A stretch of 64,000 nt of DNA from Octopus vulgaris. Lineage: Eukaryota. This document shows positions 27,940 to 42,344 of this stretch, in pieces (position 1 is the stretch's first letter; each line of letters begins with the position of its first letter). Made by a program: the position numbers and the translations under genes. A model generated the notes under the pieces. That model was not told the origin of the DNA. It saw nothing but the letters and a program-made list of their open reading frames with translations, and did no database searches. Where the stretch lies: the NCBI GenBank assembly GCA_951406725.2, contig OX597823.1, positions 109,740,001 to 109,804,000 on the forward strand, in the 5' to 3' direction.

Positions 27940-28215
27940 TCATAGCTTGAAGACAGGTGCATTCATTACAACCCTCGAGAAAGCAGGAGTGGAGTCGCTT
28001 TCCGAATGCATATGGAGCTGTTTGCCTTTATCCGATGGTCGGAAAAGCACACTATGCAGCTAAAAGACAGTAAATTCGAATTATGCACTTCGGTAAAGCG
28101 GCTTCACTTAAGCTACCATACACTCTTCCCTCGAGCGGAAACCTCATGGTATCAAACACCGCTTGGGATCTCGGAGTAACTGTCGACAACAACTTAAACT
28201 GGTATTTCCGAACAA
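27940..28215 (+). mobile_element. CR1/L2-clade LINE RT C-terminal fossil
   Basis: MQL...KFE.MHFGK...DLGVTVDNNLNW resembles the post-YADD region of CR1-group RTs. Confidence 0.65.
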
Positions 28216-28233
28216 ACAACAAAGTGGGAATCT

Positions 28234-28300
28234 GGGAATCGAAACAGCGATCCTACGACCGCGAGTCCGCTGCTCTAACCACTGGGCCATTGCGCCTCCA
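28234..28300 (-). mobile_element. tRNA-derived SINE head (family 3-like)
   Basis: Minus strand GGCGCAATGGCCCAGTGGTTAGAGC...GTTTCGATTCCC, A and B boxes. Confidence 0.65.
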
Positions 28301-29714
28301 CACACACAAAGACACACACACACACACACACAAACACACTTTAGCCTTGCAGTTTTAACTAGGAAGCCAGGTTATTCGTATCAGTGCTGTATACATACAT
28401 TCTGTCTATGCATAAAGTTGTTATTTGCCTGTAGTTTGAAGTGTATGTATGCGTATTTGCATTCATTATTGGATTTCTTTACAGGTGTATAGATGCTCTG
28501 AGATATCTGAACGTTTTGACCATTAAATCAACATTTATATTGATAATAATATCGTATACTAATGCACGTAATAACTAATTTGACACTGCTTATCACTCAC
28601 TTCCATTACGTCATCAATATATGCACAATCTCAAGTGTCCACCTCAATATGTCATATACAGCTGTACGATACTGTTACTCCCTATATCCAGTCAGGGTAC
28701 TATCCAATCCAATCATTATAGACCAATCCCGTCACGACCAACATGATCTCTTGAATCAAGCTGTACTATTTAAGTGGTCAATGACACATCTAGAAACAGC
28801 GACCAAATCTGCTTCCAATTACGCTTTTTAGTCTGAAATAAGAAATATATATTTGGAAATTGTTGTACTTTCTTAGAAATACAAGTTCCTATTTTTGAAT
28901 CAAGGATGTGCAGGATCAGAATTCGAGTACGAACTATAGAACAACAATAACAACAACAATAGCAGCAGCAGCAACAGCAGCCGTTCAAGAATTTGAATCT
29001 GGAGATCTCCATATCCAGCGACTTTGAGGGCCACCTCCCAGTGGTGTCGGGTATCAACGAAGAGCCCTCGACTACAACAAGACGACCAAAGTTGTTTTTT
29101 TCCAAGGTCTGGGGTCTCCCGCCCCTAAGCCCTAGACCATCACCTAATCACCCTTACCCGTCTTGTTGCTTAACAACAACAGCAGCAACAACAACCATGA
29201 CAACGACGACGACGACCACCACCACCACCATCACCAGTACTACTACTACTAATAATAATAATACTACTTATAAAATATAAACCTCACATAGTTATTTGAC
29301 CCGCTGCAAATACTAGTCATATATTAAAATATTTCTTAGTCTCTCAAAAATAGTTATGAAAAATATATATATTTTGCATATATTGCCTGAGCAAGCAAAA
29401 AATATCGACGTTCAGTACGTTTAGGTTTGCTTTATAAAACCAGACCTAGGTTTAAACAAAAATAATATTCCTTGTACAAATTTCCAACTGCGTCCAGTTA
29501 ACTCTAAACTATTTATCAATTATATAACGAAAGGAAGCAGTTCACGTTTACTCGTTATGCTAGAAATAGCAGTCATATCTCCCTTAAAATTTATATCCAA
29601 ACGTCTTAAAAATTTTTTGATAATGCATTCTAGGAAATGATCACGTTGGGGTGGCGTTTGATTATAATTTTATAGGCTTTCTGCAGACCTTCTACTAAAA
29701 CAAAATCAATAAGA

Positions 29715-30318
29715 GCTTCTAACATAAGCACAAAGCCTGAAACTTATCAGCAAGAAGCTCAACTAGTACATATCAACCCAATGCTCAACTGGTACTTATT
29801 TTATGGACCCCGAAAGGATAAAAGACAAAATCGATCACAGCAGAATTGAACGCAGAGCGTAAAGACTGACGGAATGCTTCAAAGAATTTTGTCCGGCGTA
29901 CAAACGATTCTTATTTCTCTATTGCCCACAAGGGGTTAAACATAGAAGGGACAAACAAGGACAGACAAAGGGATTAAGTCGATTACATCGACCCCAGTGC
30001 GTAACTGGTACTTAATTTATCGACCCCGAAAGGATGAAAGGCAAAGTCGACCTCGGCGGAATTTGAACTCAGAACGTAACAGCAGACGAAATGCCTATTT
30101 CTTTACTACCTACAAGGGGCTAAACACAGAGAGGACAAACAAGGACAGACAAAGGGATTAAGTCGATTATATCGACCCCAGTGCATAACTGGAACTTAAT
30201 TTATCGACCCCGAAAGGATGAAAGGCAAAGTCGACCTCGGCGGAGTTTGAACTCAGAACGTAACGGCAGACGAAATACGGCTACGCATTTCGCCCGGCGT
30301 GCTAACGTTTCTGCCACC
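29715..30318 (-). mobile_element. Head-to-tail array of three family 2 SINE units (one old, two younger)
   Basis: CCCCGAAAGGAT core repeated at ~29810, ~30025 and ~30208; the unit at ~29910-30093 lacks its extreme 5' end. Confidence 0.85.
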
Positions 30319-31787
30319 TTAAGGCAAGCCAATAATGATACCAACAATACTCCAAACATCCATTTACACTTAGCTAACTGCATACTATTTGTCAATCAAT
30401 AATGTCACCGACACGTTTCGCTGCTACATTCTTTCCTAAATATTCAACTACCTTAAACAAACTCTGCATTATATGTCAGTCCCTGCCACAACCCTTACAC
30501 AGAAACAACCATATGCTTACACTTCTATATCCCTGAGATAAATAAAAAAACAATAAATAAAATAAAACTCTCGGTTATTTCTTTTATTCGTTCTACTCTA
30601 CCTCAACCAATGTTAGAGCATGTACCATAATTACTATGACATACCATAAACAGACTTAACCGATTTTAAACAACCAAACACGCTGTAGGTTTTTCGGCGA
30701 CATTTTCAATCTCAGGATATGTTTAACATGCTCTGAATTCGAAAAGTAGACGCGAACGAGTGGCATTGTTAAAATAAACCATGCCTTTGATGGCTTTTGA
30801 AAGCTTAAGTTTGGCAAATAACTGTTAGCTTCCCCACACAGGAAGCAAATTAATATCATCTTTGTTATATCCATTTCGAAAAACTGCGCGAGAATATGGT
30901 CCCTCGACCAAATATACGCATTTCTAGTCATTTGTAGCAATTAGTTTCTCTAACTGATATTTATCTTGCTATACATTAAAGGCCTTCAAAGAAATCGACC
31001 GTTATAATATCATTGATGTTAATCGAGGAAAGCGTATGTACGAGAGTGTCTGTGTGTGCATTGTGTGAGAGTTTGCGTGTGCGTGTGTTACTGATGGGTG
31101 ACAATGTGTATATGCGTGCGTGTCAGATTTAAAGTCGGTGTCCGAATCACTCTGAGCTTGTATGTATGTAATTATATGCTTGTGTGTGTGTTTGTAAATA
31201 TGTTTATTCATGTGTAGTGTGACATTTCACATTGTTCTTGTAAATATGTAAGCATGGAAGTTAGCGTAACTCTATCTACGTACGTTTGCGCATGAAATGC
31301 ATAAATATGTACATCTCTGCATCCATGTGTATAGGTGTGTATGTGTGTGTATATGTGAATGCTTGATGTGTTGGATGTACTGTAATTTTTTTTTTTTACT
31401 TCCAAGGTGCACTTGACCAAACCAAAAACCAATAAGTCACCATGACAACCAAACGGTCCTTCAGTTATTTTCAAAAGTAGATCATAAATTCACATATTAC
31501 AAGGAAAACCATTGAGCTTCAGCAATGTGGACAGACTACAGTCGTAAAATGGACGTTCACGTATGTTTAAAATCTTGGAGTGGGTTATTGGACGCTGAAG
31601 AAATTGAGAACTTGTAAACATTCGTTCTCCCGACATATATTTTCTTTTGCTACTTGTTTTTCTTTTTTTTTTTCTTTGTAGTGTTCAATTTCTTCATAAA
31701 TCCTACAGGAATTTATTGTCTGACAATTTTTTCTCTAAAATATCGCTTTATTATGAAAAAGGATACATATAATTGTAATGTAATGTA

Positions 31788-32225
31788 AAGACAGACGAAA
31801 TATCGCTAAGCATTTCGCCCGACCTGCTAATGTTTCTTATTTCTTTATTACCCCCAAGGGGCTAAACATGGAAGGAACACACAAGGACGGACAAAGGGAT
31901 TAAGTCGATTACATCAACCACAGTGCGTAATTGGTACTTAATTTATCGACCTCGAAAGGATGGACGGCAAAGTCGACCTTGGCGGAAAGTGAACTCAGAA
32001 CGTAGCAGCAGACGAAATACCGCTAGGCATTTCGTTCGGCGTGCTAACGTTTCTGCTGGCTAGCCGCCTTAATGTGTATTATATATTCTTTTCTACTCTA
32101 GGCACAAGGCACGAAATCTTGGGGGAGGGGCCCCAGTCGATTAGATCGACCCCAGTACACAACTTATACTTATTTTATCGACCTCGAAAGGATGAAAGGC
32201 GAAGTCGACCTCGGTGGAATCTGAA
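31788..32225 (-). mobile_element. Cluster of family 2 SINE copies (one full, two partial)
   Basis: Same core and head motifs as 2402-2615. Confidence 0.8.
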
Positions 32226-34031
32226 CAAGAAGACTGACCAAGGCTTACACAACTCTCCGAACATGAAGGCTGACTTAGGCTTACACAACTGTCCGAACGA
32301 TTGCAATCTTTTAAGATCGCATTTGCTCAATTTCAATTATATAGTTATATTTTGCCCTAAACGGGAGCTCCGAATGTTTGTTACTGAACTTAGCATTGTA
32401 CTCACTGTGTAAACTATACAATTTCATATGTCAGGTCTAGGCCGATTCTATACAAGTCACAAGGAAATCTTCAATGGGTAACCACATACTCTAATGCTAC
32501 TAGCTCATTCTCTTTGAGACGTCAGCTCCTAAAGTGTTCCTTTTGGAACTTGTCCAGAGAAAGGGGTGAGTGGATAAACAATAGGGCAAATAATCAACAA
32601 TAAATAAAACTCTTCATAGTTGATTGAGGTCCTTAACAGCCATGGTAGTAATATTATGAAAAGGAGATGAATGCTATAAGGATCACTAAGTCCCTTTCTA
32701 ATACTTGAATGGAAATTACAGCAATATTTAATCCGTTGCTGGGTCGGGGATACCAGCAAAACTCGTTTGCTAAAACTCGAAAACGTCGCCAAGAGTGTCA
32801 AGTGCTGTATTAGTAGGAACGCGGACATTTGGTTTACTAATTACTTTGGTAATTGCTAAGATTTATATTACTATCGTGGATGGTTTTTCTGATCTCACTA
32901 TTTAGTAAGTTATCATTGTTGTTAGTTATATTTAGCCTCGTGTTTTATTCAGGAATTCATTCGTGTTTATATAATGGAAATTTGGGAGACAACATTTTTG
33001 TCAGATCAGGTGAAACGTATGCAAACGCCATTGTACGGATAAGTAACAAACGTGTCTTTTATTCTTTTGTTTGTTCCAGGCATTGAGCTGGGGCCATGCT
33101 CGGACAAAATATTGCTTGTTAAAATCGATTTCAACATATTTTAAGATAATAGAACGTATACAAAACAACAGTAGTTATTAAGTTTTGGGAAACAAACAAA
33201 AATACAAACAACTCGCGCAAAGCATGTGTATGTGTGTTTTTTCTGTGTATATATACATTTATGCATGTATGTATATATGTATGTATATCTACATACATAT
33301 AAATGCGAAAACCAATTTCAGTGTCTCAGTGTGTCACACTTTGAATCCCTTCTCTCGCTATTTGATGACACTTTTACTGTTGATAATGTTTTATTAAAAG
33401 TAGTAGTGTTGATGGTAGTAGTGGGAGTAATAATAAGAGACAGAGAAAGTGTGGGTATGTGAGAGAAAGAGGGACTGAACACTGAATTCATTTTCTTAAT
33501 ACCACCACCATCGCCACCACATTGGCCATGCACACACCATTCAGACTTCTGACGTCACCACCATCAATACCTTTGACATCGCTGCATTTCCCTCCACGAC
33601 CATGACCATTGTCTTTCACATCACTTAGTCTCACTCTCATCGCTGACCGCCTCGGCTACCACCACCACTATCATCACCGCCACCTTCGCCTCTATCAAAA
33701 CTATAGCCCATATTATTACTATCATCCCATTACCATCATAAAAAAAGCTGAATGGTGTATGTAGGGCAGATGTGGTGGCGATGGTGGTGGCACTGTTGCT
33801 TATCCTGCAGCTTTGCAATAAGTTCCAAGTCGACAAAATTATATTGTTTCGATGAAAATTGTTCATTGCTTGAAAAATATTGGCCAAGTTTAATAAAATT
33901 TAATATGTACTCAATGCACGAAGTGTCATTGTTGGGCCCAAGGCCCGATGAAGAACCCTCCACAGGAGCTAGCCTAAGATCCACCCTATCAGGTCGCTTT
34001 TAAGCTAGTGTATATATATATATATGTGTAT

Positions 34032-34075
<44 letters not shown>

Positions 34076-34972
34076 TACATACGCAAACGCATACACAGAA
34101 CACACACACACACACACACATTGACCGTCTATAATGTTAAAGAAGCTAAAAGTGAAAAGAAATACCCATCATCTGGATTAGCCGACTATTATGATAATCC
34201 CTGTATTACATTCCTTCTTTACCTCTTCTGTCTCCTATTCCACGTCGCCCTCTGAGTTCCCATCATCGTTGTCAACATCATCGTCATCAACATCATTATC
34301 ATCATCATTAAGAATGTCTAAATTTCTTGTGATGATGCTAATAAAGATGACGTCGTTGAAGTTAATTACTGCTGTGGTCGGCATGGTTTGCTCCACGGGA
34401 TAATATACAATAGATTGAAAAATAAAAACAGAATATTATAGAGAGACAAAGCTAAAGAAAGAGAGAGAGAATATAAGTGAATGTATCATATGTAAATAGA
34501 GAAAGGGTGAGGGGAAAATATGGGAGAAAACATATTCCAGAAAGGTATAAGACATTAAGTAAGGATACAACAAAGAGATTTCATCAACTGCAAGAGATGA
34601 CTATAAGAACAACACGAATATTAAAGACAGAGTCGGCAAGGATAAAACAAACGTTGGTGACAACAAAAGAAACGATATTTTGAAGGATGAGAATCAATGA
34701 AACAAAATATCCATGTTGTCTTTCACTGAAGTCAGTTTTGCTAGAAGCACCTGAGTAAGATAATATACCTGAGATTACTGGACGCTAATAAGAGAAATCA
34801 AGCTTCGTTAATCAACCTAAGCCGTAACCACAAACATAAACATAAGAATTCATGTCCAGGAACATCCTTACGTATACACACATATATATGCTTGTGTATA
34901 ATTTTTATATAAATACATGCGTACACATATATATGTACTTAAAGATAGTGCGTATGCATCATTATGAACAAA

Positions 34973-35048
34973 CATATACATAAGCATATACTTATCCATA
35001 CATAAGCATATACTTATCCATACATAAGCATATACTTATGCATACATA
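34973..35048. repeat. 22-bp minisatellite, ~3.5 copies
   Basis: Unit CATACATAAGCATATACTTATC. Confidence 0.9.
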
Positions 35049-36429
35049 AATGTATACAGCACACTGCACTAACAACGGAGAATAACACCCATACAAAATA
35101 TTCTCATATAAGAAATTACGATGTGAAGCATAACCTAGAACGTAATCATTGCCAACACTCACCACGGTATTAACAAAGACCAGGAAATCTTAGCATTTGC
35201 TCCTCAGGGTATTATAATGTATTTCGTAAACGAAAGATCCTGGAAATAAGTGAAAGATGTCACCCATCTTATGCGTTATCGATTTAAATAATCATAAACT
35301 AGATTAGACCATGTAACATGTACTCACCTATAATGTTTAGATGGTCACGGTTGGAATGTGCTGCTTATAGTTTGCTAGTGTTGAGTCGAACCGGTGTTAA
35401 ACACCAACATGCCTGGCAACTGGATTATCAATAAGCTAAAAACAATACCGACCACATTATACAAATCACAAATTGACACATTAAAAAATATGATCAGATG
35501 GACTCTGATGTATCTAATTTGATTCGTTATCTTTTCTGTCAATAATGACCGGGGGCTAAAGAGCACTAACATCTGTACTATACGTATATATTCATAATTA
35601 TCGGTGGTACACTTTCACATACATACAACACTCACTTAAACAGCTGTTAAGTGAATGTTCCTATTACAATAACACACAAATTCCAACCAGGGATTGATAA
35701 ACACAATGTTACACGTTGCAGTTGTACTGAAACCCAAATGTACGAGTAAATTTCTTCAATTATGCTACAAATTATGAAAGCCTGTGTGTAACTCAAAATC
35801 AAACACTGCATAATTGTAGTGTATAGCGTTGCCACACATAACAGCCATAAAAAATTAATCACACACACACATACATATATGCGATAGAAAATATATGTAT
35901 GTGTATGTATATTTCTGCACGTTTGTGTCTGTGTATGTTCGTGTGTGTATACATAAACAAACCATAATGTGAGTGACGTAAACACATACACAGTACTAGA
36001 TTGTACCACATCAAACCATTGCAGTACACAAATTCTATATGACAATTCTGTAAAAAGAAACTTGTGAGGCATATAACAGATAATACCGCAATACGGACTG
36101 AAGGAGACATGGTGTTGAAGCTGATGTTATTGATGTTGATGTGTGTCTCATCATCAAAGACATCACCACAACCCATCAAAAATATACTAAAAATACATAA
36201 TATACTAATGAAAAAATTAATTTTCTTTTTTCCGTTGCATGGAAGTATAACGAAAGAATCAGAATATCAGATTAGTGAGATATAAAAAAAAAAGATGAAA
36301 ACAAATAAAAATATAGCAAAGAAGCAAATAACGAGATCAGCTAAGGAAGAGGACAATCACTAACTGATTGATACTGAAAATATAACAAGGAAGAAATGAA
36401 CAAATAAAGAAATGATGACGATGATAATG

Positions 36430-36516
<87 letters not shown>

Positions 36517-36704
36517 TTTGTAATGTTAATGATAGCCATAGCAAGGCCAACAACGATAAAGGCTAAAGAGAGAAAAAATGGCTTAGTTGGAAGATGTAGA
36601 ATCAAAATTAAAGAGTAAAAATATACCAACATAAATGAACGGCAAAACTGGCGAGTTAGAGACGTTGGCAGCAGAGGCCGTCTTGCCCATGTCTCTTGTA
36701 ATTT

Positions 36705-37568
<864 letters not shown>

Positions 37569-38976
37569 ATTATTATTATTATTATTGTTATTATTATCAT
37601 TGTTGTTGTTGTTGTTGTTGTTGTTATCATAGTTATTATTCAGTAGTCTCACTTTCATCACGCCTTTTCACCGCACTACTGAGCTCAGCTCTGTGTGCTT
37701 TGGGTATGTGTTGTGGTTTGTTGTGATGCTCTTATTTTCACTGTATTGACAGTGTTTTTACATAGGATGTGTGCGGTGCCTAGTAGTGCAATTTTCTGTA
37801 TGTTATATATGCTTCTAAGTCCTAGTGTCTTTGTTATGTATTTATCTGAAATTTTTTATCGTACATAATACCATGATAGGAATGGTTTCTGATTTTAGGC
37901 TCCACATTCGAGTAACCTCTATTTCCATTTCTTTATATTTTGAAAGTTTCTCCGTTCCTTTTAGAGAAACATTGTCATCTCTTGATACTGATGCATCGAG
38001 CAGAAAGCATCTTTTTCTTGGTGATCTCTGACAACTATATCCGGCCTATTAACCTTGATTTCTCTAACTGTGTGCATTGGCATATCCTAGATTATGCTTG
38101 TTTTCTCATTTTCTGTGACCTCTTCTAGCGTGTGCCTATACCATCTTTTTCTGCTCTCATTCCATAGTGTCGGCATAGCTTCCAGTGTATATAGATCTTA
38201 ACCTCGTCGTGTCTGTGAATATATTCCTTCTTAGCCAGGACTGGGCAGCCAGAGACAATATTATTTATTGTTTCTTACTTCATCAATTCAGTAGTTAATC
38301 GTATTTGTTTTCATTACATGTTTTTGGTGATTTATAGTGGGAAGCCTTTGATCTTGAGCAGCAATTAAAACTGCTTCTGTCTCTGCTTTGAGTACTGAGC
38401 TTCTCAGCCATTGTTGGGATTTTGATTTGTCTATTTCTTTTCTGTTTAGTTTCACCCATGAAGGGGTCTTTCTTGCCATCGCTTTATCATGATCCGTTGC
38501 TGTTCCAGTTTCAGTTGGGATTTCAGTTGTTTACAGCTTTTGTTGTTTCTTCTTTTTCTTCATAGTTCTTAGGTACGATGACTTCATATTTGTGTTTGTC
38601 AGCTTCCTTAAAGACAGAAGATATTTTTTTTGTTCGTGTTTTGTGACTATATGCATAAGTTTTCCCTGCTTCAGGAATAGTTTTTTTTTAAAATCTTAGT
38701 CGTTATTTTGTAGCAGTTTTCTAGCTGTATAAGGCCTCTACCACCTTCGATACGGTGTATATATATAACCTTTTTATGTCAGATTTTGGGTGATGCACTC
38801 TAAATCCTGTTGTTATTTTTCTTGTTTTCCTGTCTATTTTGAATAATTCATTTAGAGTCCAGTTAAGAATAGTGTAGCTGAAGTTTATAAATGGGACGCC
38901 TTAGAGTGTTCATACCTATCATCTTGTTTTTGGCATTGTGCTCTCTTTTCAGTATTAATCTAACTCGTCTATAGTA

Positions 38977-39230
38977 CAGTTCTATATTTAAGAGATGAGG
39001 AATTATGTACATTATTTACGTTTGACGGATATATGTCCTCATCTTGTTAACACAACGTTTCGGCTGATATACCCTCTAGCCTTCGTCAGGTTTTTTGGGG
39101 AAATTTGAAACCCAGGTTCGAAATTTCCCCAAAACACCTGATGAAGGCTGGAGGGTATATCAGCTGAAACATTGTGTTAACAAATATGATGAGGACAAAT
39201 TTCCGTCAAATGTAAATAATGTAAATAATG
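38977..39230 (+). mobile_element. Fold-back hammerhead-bearing insertion, same family as 12469-12772, 5'-truncated; 12-bp TSD
   Basis: TSD TCGT(C/T)TATAGTA at 38965-38976 and 39231-39242 (single copy in the uninterrupted LINE at ~45374); arms ~39005-39106 and 39120-39229 are inverted. Confidence 0.85.
39132..39178 (+). ncRNA. Minimal type I hammerhead ribozyme motif (second copy on minus strand ~39095-39048)
   Basis: acac-CTGATGA-a-GGCTG-gagggtatat-CAGCT-GAAAC-ATT-gtgt; the minus arm reads CTGACGA-a-GGCT...AGCC-GAAAC-GTT-gtgt with palindromic AACGTT stem III. Confidence 0.7.
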
Positions 39231-39868
39231 TCGTTTATAGTATTTCTTTTTATCTTCTCTTCCATTTGTTTGAGTTGTATCTTGTCTTGTTGCCTGATTC
39301 CTAAGTATTTGTATGTTTGGCTTTGGTCTAATTCTATTAATTCATTTGCTTTATCTAGTGTGATGTTGATACTCTTAACTAGTTTTCTTGGTTTCAAGGT
39401 GCTTAGGCACATTTTTCTAAGCCAAATTTCCTATTTATTTCTTTGGTAAATCCATGTCCTGTCTGTCGTAATGTTTCCAGCTGTTTATCATTAGTAGCAC
39501 ACAGTTTTAGATGATCTATATATATAAGAGATGGTTTATTGTGTTGCAGTAATACTTGTATCCGCATCCAGTTCTCTTTAGTATGTCAGATAATGGTGTT
39601 AGTGCCAAGCAGAAAAGGAGTGGAGAGAGTTCGTCTCCCTGGAATATTCCTTTTCTAATGGGGATGGCTTTGGCTTTTATGAGTCCTTCATTTGTTTGGA
39701 ACTATAGCACTCTCTGCCACTTATTCATGGGATGTGTTATATGTTTTATGATCATTGGTGCTACCTCGTTCATGGCTAGTGTTTCCAGGATCCATGTGTG
39801 GGGAACACTACCAAAAGCCTTTCGATAATCGATCCATGCCATACTTAAACCCTTTTTCTTTCTGCGGC

Positions 39869-39913
<45 letters not shown>

Positions 39914-39925
39914 CATTATTAGTAA

Positions 39926-40008
<83 letters not shown>

Positions 40009-40020
40009 TCCTCATTATTA

Positions 40021-40603
40021 TCGCGTGAGAGAGAAGTGCATGTCATCAAAATGATACTGGGGTAAAATGTACGAAGCCCAATGTACGCCTCATGAAGACC
40101 CGTCTGATAAGGGTAGTCATGATGTGTACCACTGCCTGGTACCTGGGCGATATAAGTAGACCAGGCACATGCATCACAACCATATATTGACGACATAGTG
40201 GTCTCATATCAAGATCAACAGTGCATGACAGTGCATGTGGGCCCAGTTAGAATTTCTTTCTGGTTGAGTAGCGCACCCCACTCAAAATGTCTCTGAATAA
40301 GAAACGTTTAAGGATGTTAAATGAATCACCCATGTTTCCAGAGGTGAATTATTCAAACGCCAACGAATTCCTCTCGACATATGGCTATGATGTTCCCCCA
40401 CTATATCTGCACCTGTTGAGAGATGCACTTATTGTCAGCGACCAAGTGACATGCTCAACTGGTTAAAGTTAAACAACTGACAAGCAAACCTGTGGTTTTG
40501 AGCAGAATACTTGCTGCAGCCCATCTTTTATACCAAGAAAAATCATCTACGTAACACTTCCACTCAGTTAAGATCAGAAGCCACGAGAGCCACTGCCTGG
40601 TAC
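40021..40603. mobile_element. ~550-bp non-coding interspersed repeat (copy 1), small internal rearrangement
   Basis: Colinear with 46339-46853 and 50844-51393; begins at an (ATT)/(GTA) tract. Confidence 0.85.
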
Positions 40604-40839
40604 CGGGGTGATATACTGAATGGCATAAGGACAATATTTTATTGAATTAAAATTTGCAGAGAGCATACAGTAACCTAGTGGAAAGCGTGACTCTGAGAAA
40701 CGAGAGTATATTTTTGAAAAAGTGTATTATCGGATCCAATTTTCATATTCATACTAAAATGAAAAAAAAAAAAAAACTTTGGGAGAACGCAGATGAAGCC
40801 GACCGGTCGAGACAAGCTTCCATGTATTGAGAGATAATT

Positions 40840-41010
40840 TGTTCACATACAAAATTTACGAATTAGTTTGGCTTTTGTCATGTCAAGAATTAAAAATGTT
40901 AACCTAGAAAGAAAACTAAAGTGGACAGATGTCATGAATGTAGATATTAGGAGCAATACATTGAAAAAATTGTGCGGCGTATGGTAGGTCTATTTGAACT
41001 CATTTAAAAT
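40840..41010 (+). mobile_element. Possible Helitron Pif1-helicase fossil
   Basis: LRISLAFVMSRIK resembles the QFP.RLAFAMTINK motif; very degraded. Confidence 0.25.
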
Positions 41011-41192
41011 CTTTATTTGCATTTCAACTGTACAAACATGAATGGTTGTTAATTTAGATTAGCAACTCTATTTGGTTGAATTTTATTACGTGTTTTATAA
41101 ACTATGCTAAGGTTCATTTACAACCCATCTATCAATAATATTTTTCAAGAAACATTATTTAATCTAATTTTGAGTGAAAAGTCTACAATCAC

Positions 41193-41428
41193 TTGTTTCT
41201 TTACTACCCACAAGGGGCTAAACACAGAGGGGACAAACAACGACAGACAAACGGATTAAGTCGATTAAATCGACCCCCAGTGTGCAACTGGTACTTATTT
41301 AATCGACCCCGAAAGGATGAAAGGTAAAGTAGACATCGGCGGAATTTGAACACAGAACGCAACGGCAGACGAAATACCGCTAAGCATTTCGCCCGGCGTG
41401 CTAACGTTTCTGCCAGTTCGCCGCCTTC
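41193..41428 (-). mobile_element. tRNA-derived SINE (family 2), full length with TSD
   Basis: Full head and core; AAAAGTCTACA(A/G)TCAC direct repeat at 41177-41192 and 41429-41444. Confidence 0.92.
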
Positions 41429-41917
41429 AAAAGTCTACAGTCACCATATTAGTTTCGCTCAAAATTTCAGTTTCATCAATAGCTTCATTTCATATGTAAT
41501 GCAGCGTCCAAGATGTAAAAAAATATAAGCTTGTCTCGTATTTTTACAGAATTGAACAGCTTTATTCACCTCTTTCCAGGCTTTTCGGTACAATATCCAT
41601 GTGAAACATTTCAAATGAAATACGTCCTTTTTGTTTTTTAATAATTTACATTCAGGTAGAACGAATTAGATTAATATTTTGACAAATATAGTTCAATAGC
41701 GAATAATAACAGTAGTAGCGTTATTACTACTAAAAAGAAAGAACGACAACGAATTTGATTTGAACAATAAGACAACTAACTATGTTTCAAAGAAAGCATA
41801 ATGAATATCAATGAATTTCATTGACAGACCGATCACATAGAAGGCCGATTTTATTTTAGGGAAAAAAATCTAATACATGAAATAATAATGTTCACTCACA
41901 AAGAATGAAAGGGATGA

Positions 41918-42344
41918 CGGACTTTTTCGGTTTGAACGGCAGTTTTTTACATAATTTCTAGGTAACTAAAAATTTTTTAACTTCGTGTACTGGTAGAATG
42001 TGTTTAAAAAACATCTTTTTCTGTTGGCTTTATTGAGAAAATTCTATAGTTTGCAAGATATTTGTTGTTGTTTTTTCTTCAATTTCTGCAATTTCAACCA
42101 ATCAAATACGTCGATTGAGGTAAAAAACATTCTGTGCCGTATGAATATGTCCCTCGTTTAAGAAACAGATTGGGTTTATTTATATTTGTGAAGAAAAAAA
42201 AGATACCCTTCCCCCCACCTCTAACACTAACCCTAACACTAAAACAGATTGAAATGCAATAGATCGATACTAGGGTCATAATTATGGGAGACAATTTCAT
42301 ATGACACTGCTAGAAAAAACTGCCGTTCAAACCGAAAAGATCCG
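41918..42344. mobile_element. MITE with ~31-bp TIRs and 6-bp TSD
   Basis: CGGACTTTTTCGGTTTGAACGGCAGTTTTTT ... AAAAAACTGCCGTTCAAACCGAAAAGATCCG; GGATGA at 41912-41917 and 42345-42350. Confidence 0.88.

Larger units (their letters stand above)
37640..39870 (-). mobile_element. R4/Dong-like LINE family A, older 5'-truncated copy interrupted at 38977-39230
   Basis: AWIDYRKAFGSVPHTWI, GIFQGDELSPLLFC, decayed YxDD region, zinc knuckle and RLE; colinear with 44015-45717; flanked by (TAA)n-type tracts. Confidence 0.92.

Noticed and set aside
28904-29135. In-frame TGA at 29025-29027 (…HIQRL*GPPP…) as selenocysteine or read-through
   Set aside because: No recognisable selenoprotein motif and no SECIS that I can identify
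32229-32299. Two ~35-bp direct repeats as a CRISPR-like array
   Set aside because: Only two adjacent copies without a spacer, in eukaryotic DNA: a simple tandem duplication
42221-42242. Telomeric repeat
   Set aside because: Only 3-4 imperfect units, internal to a MITE
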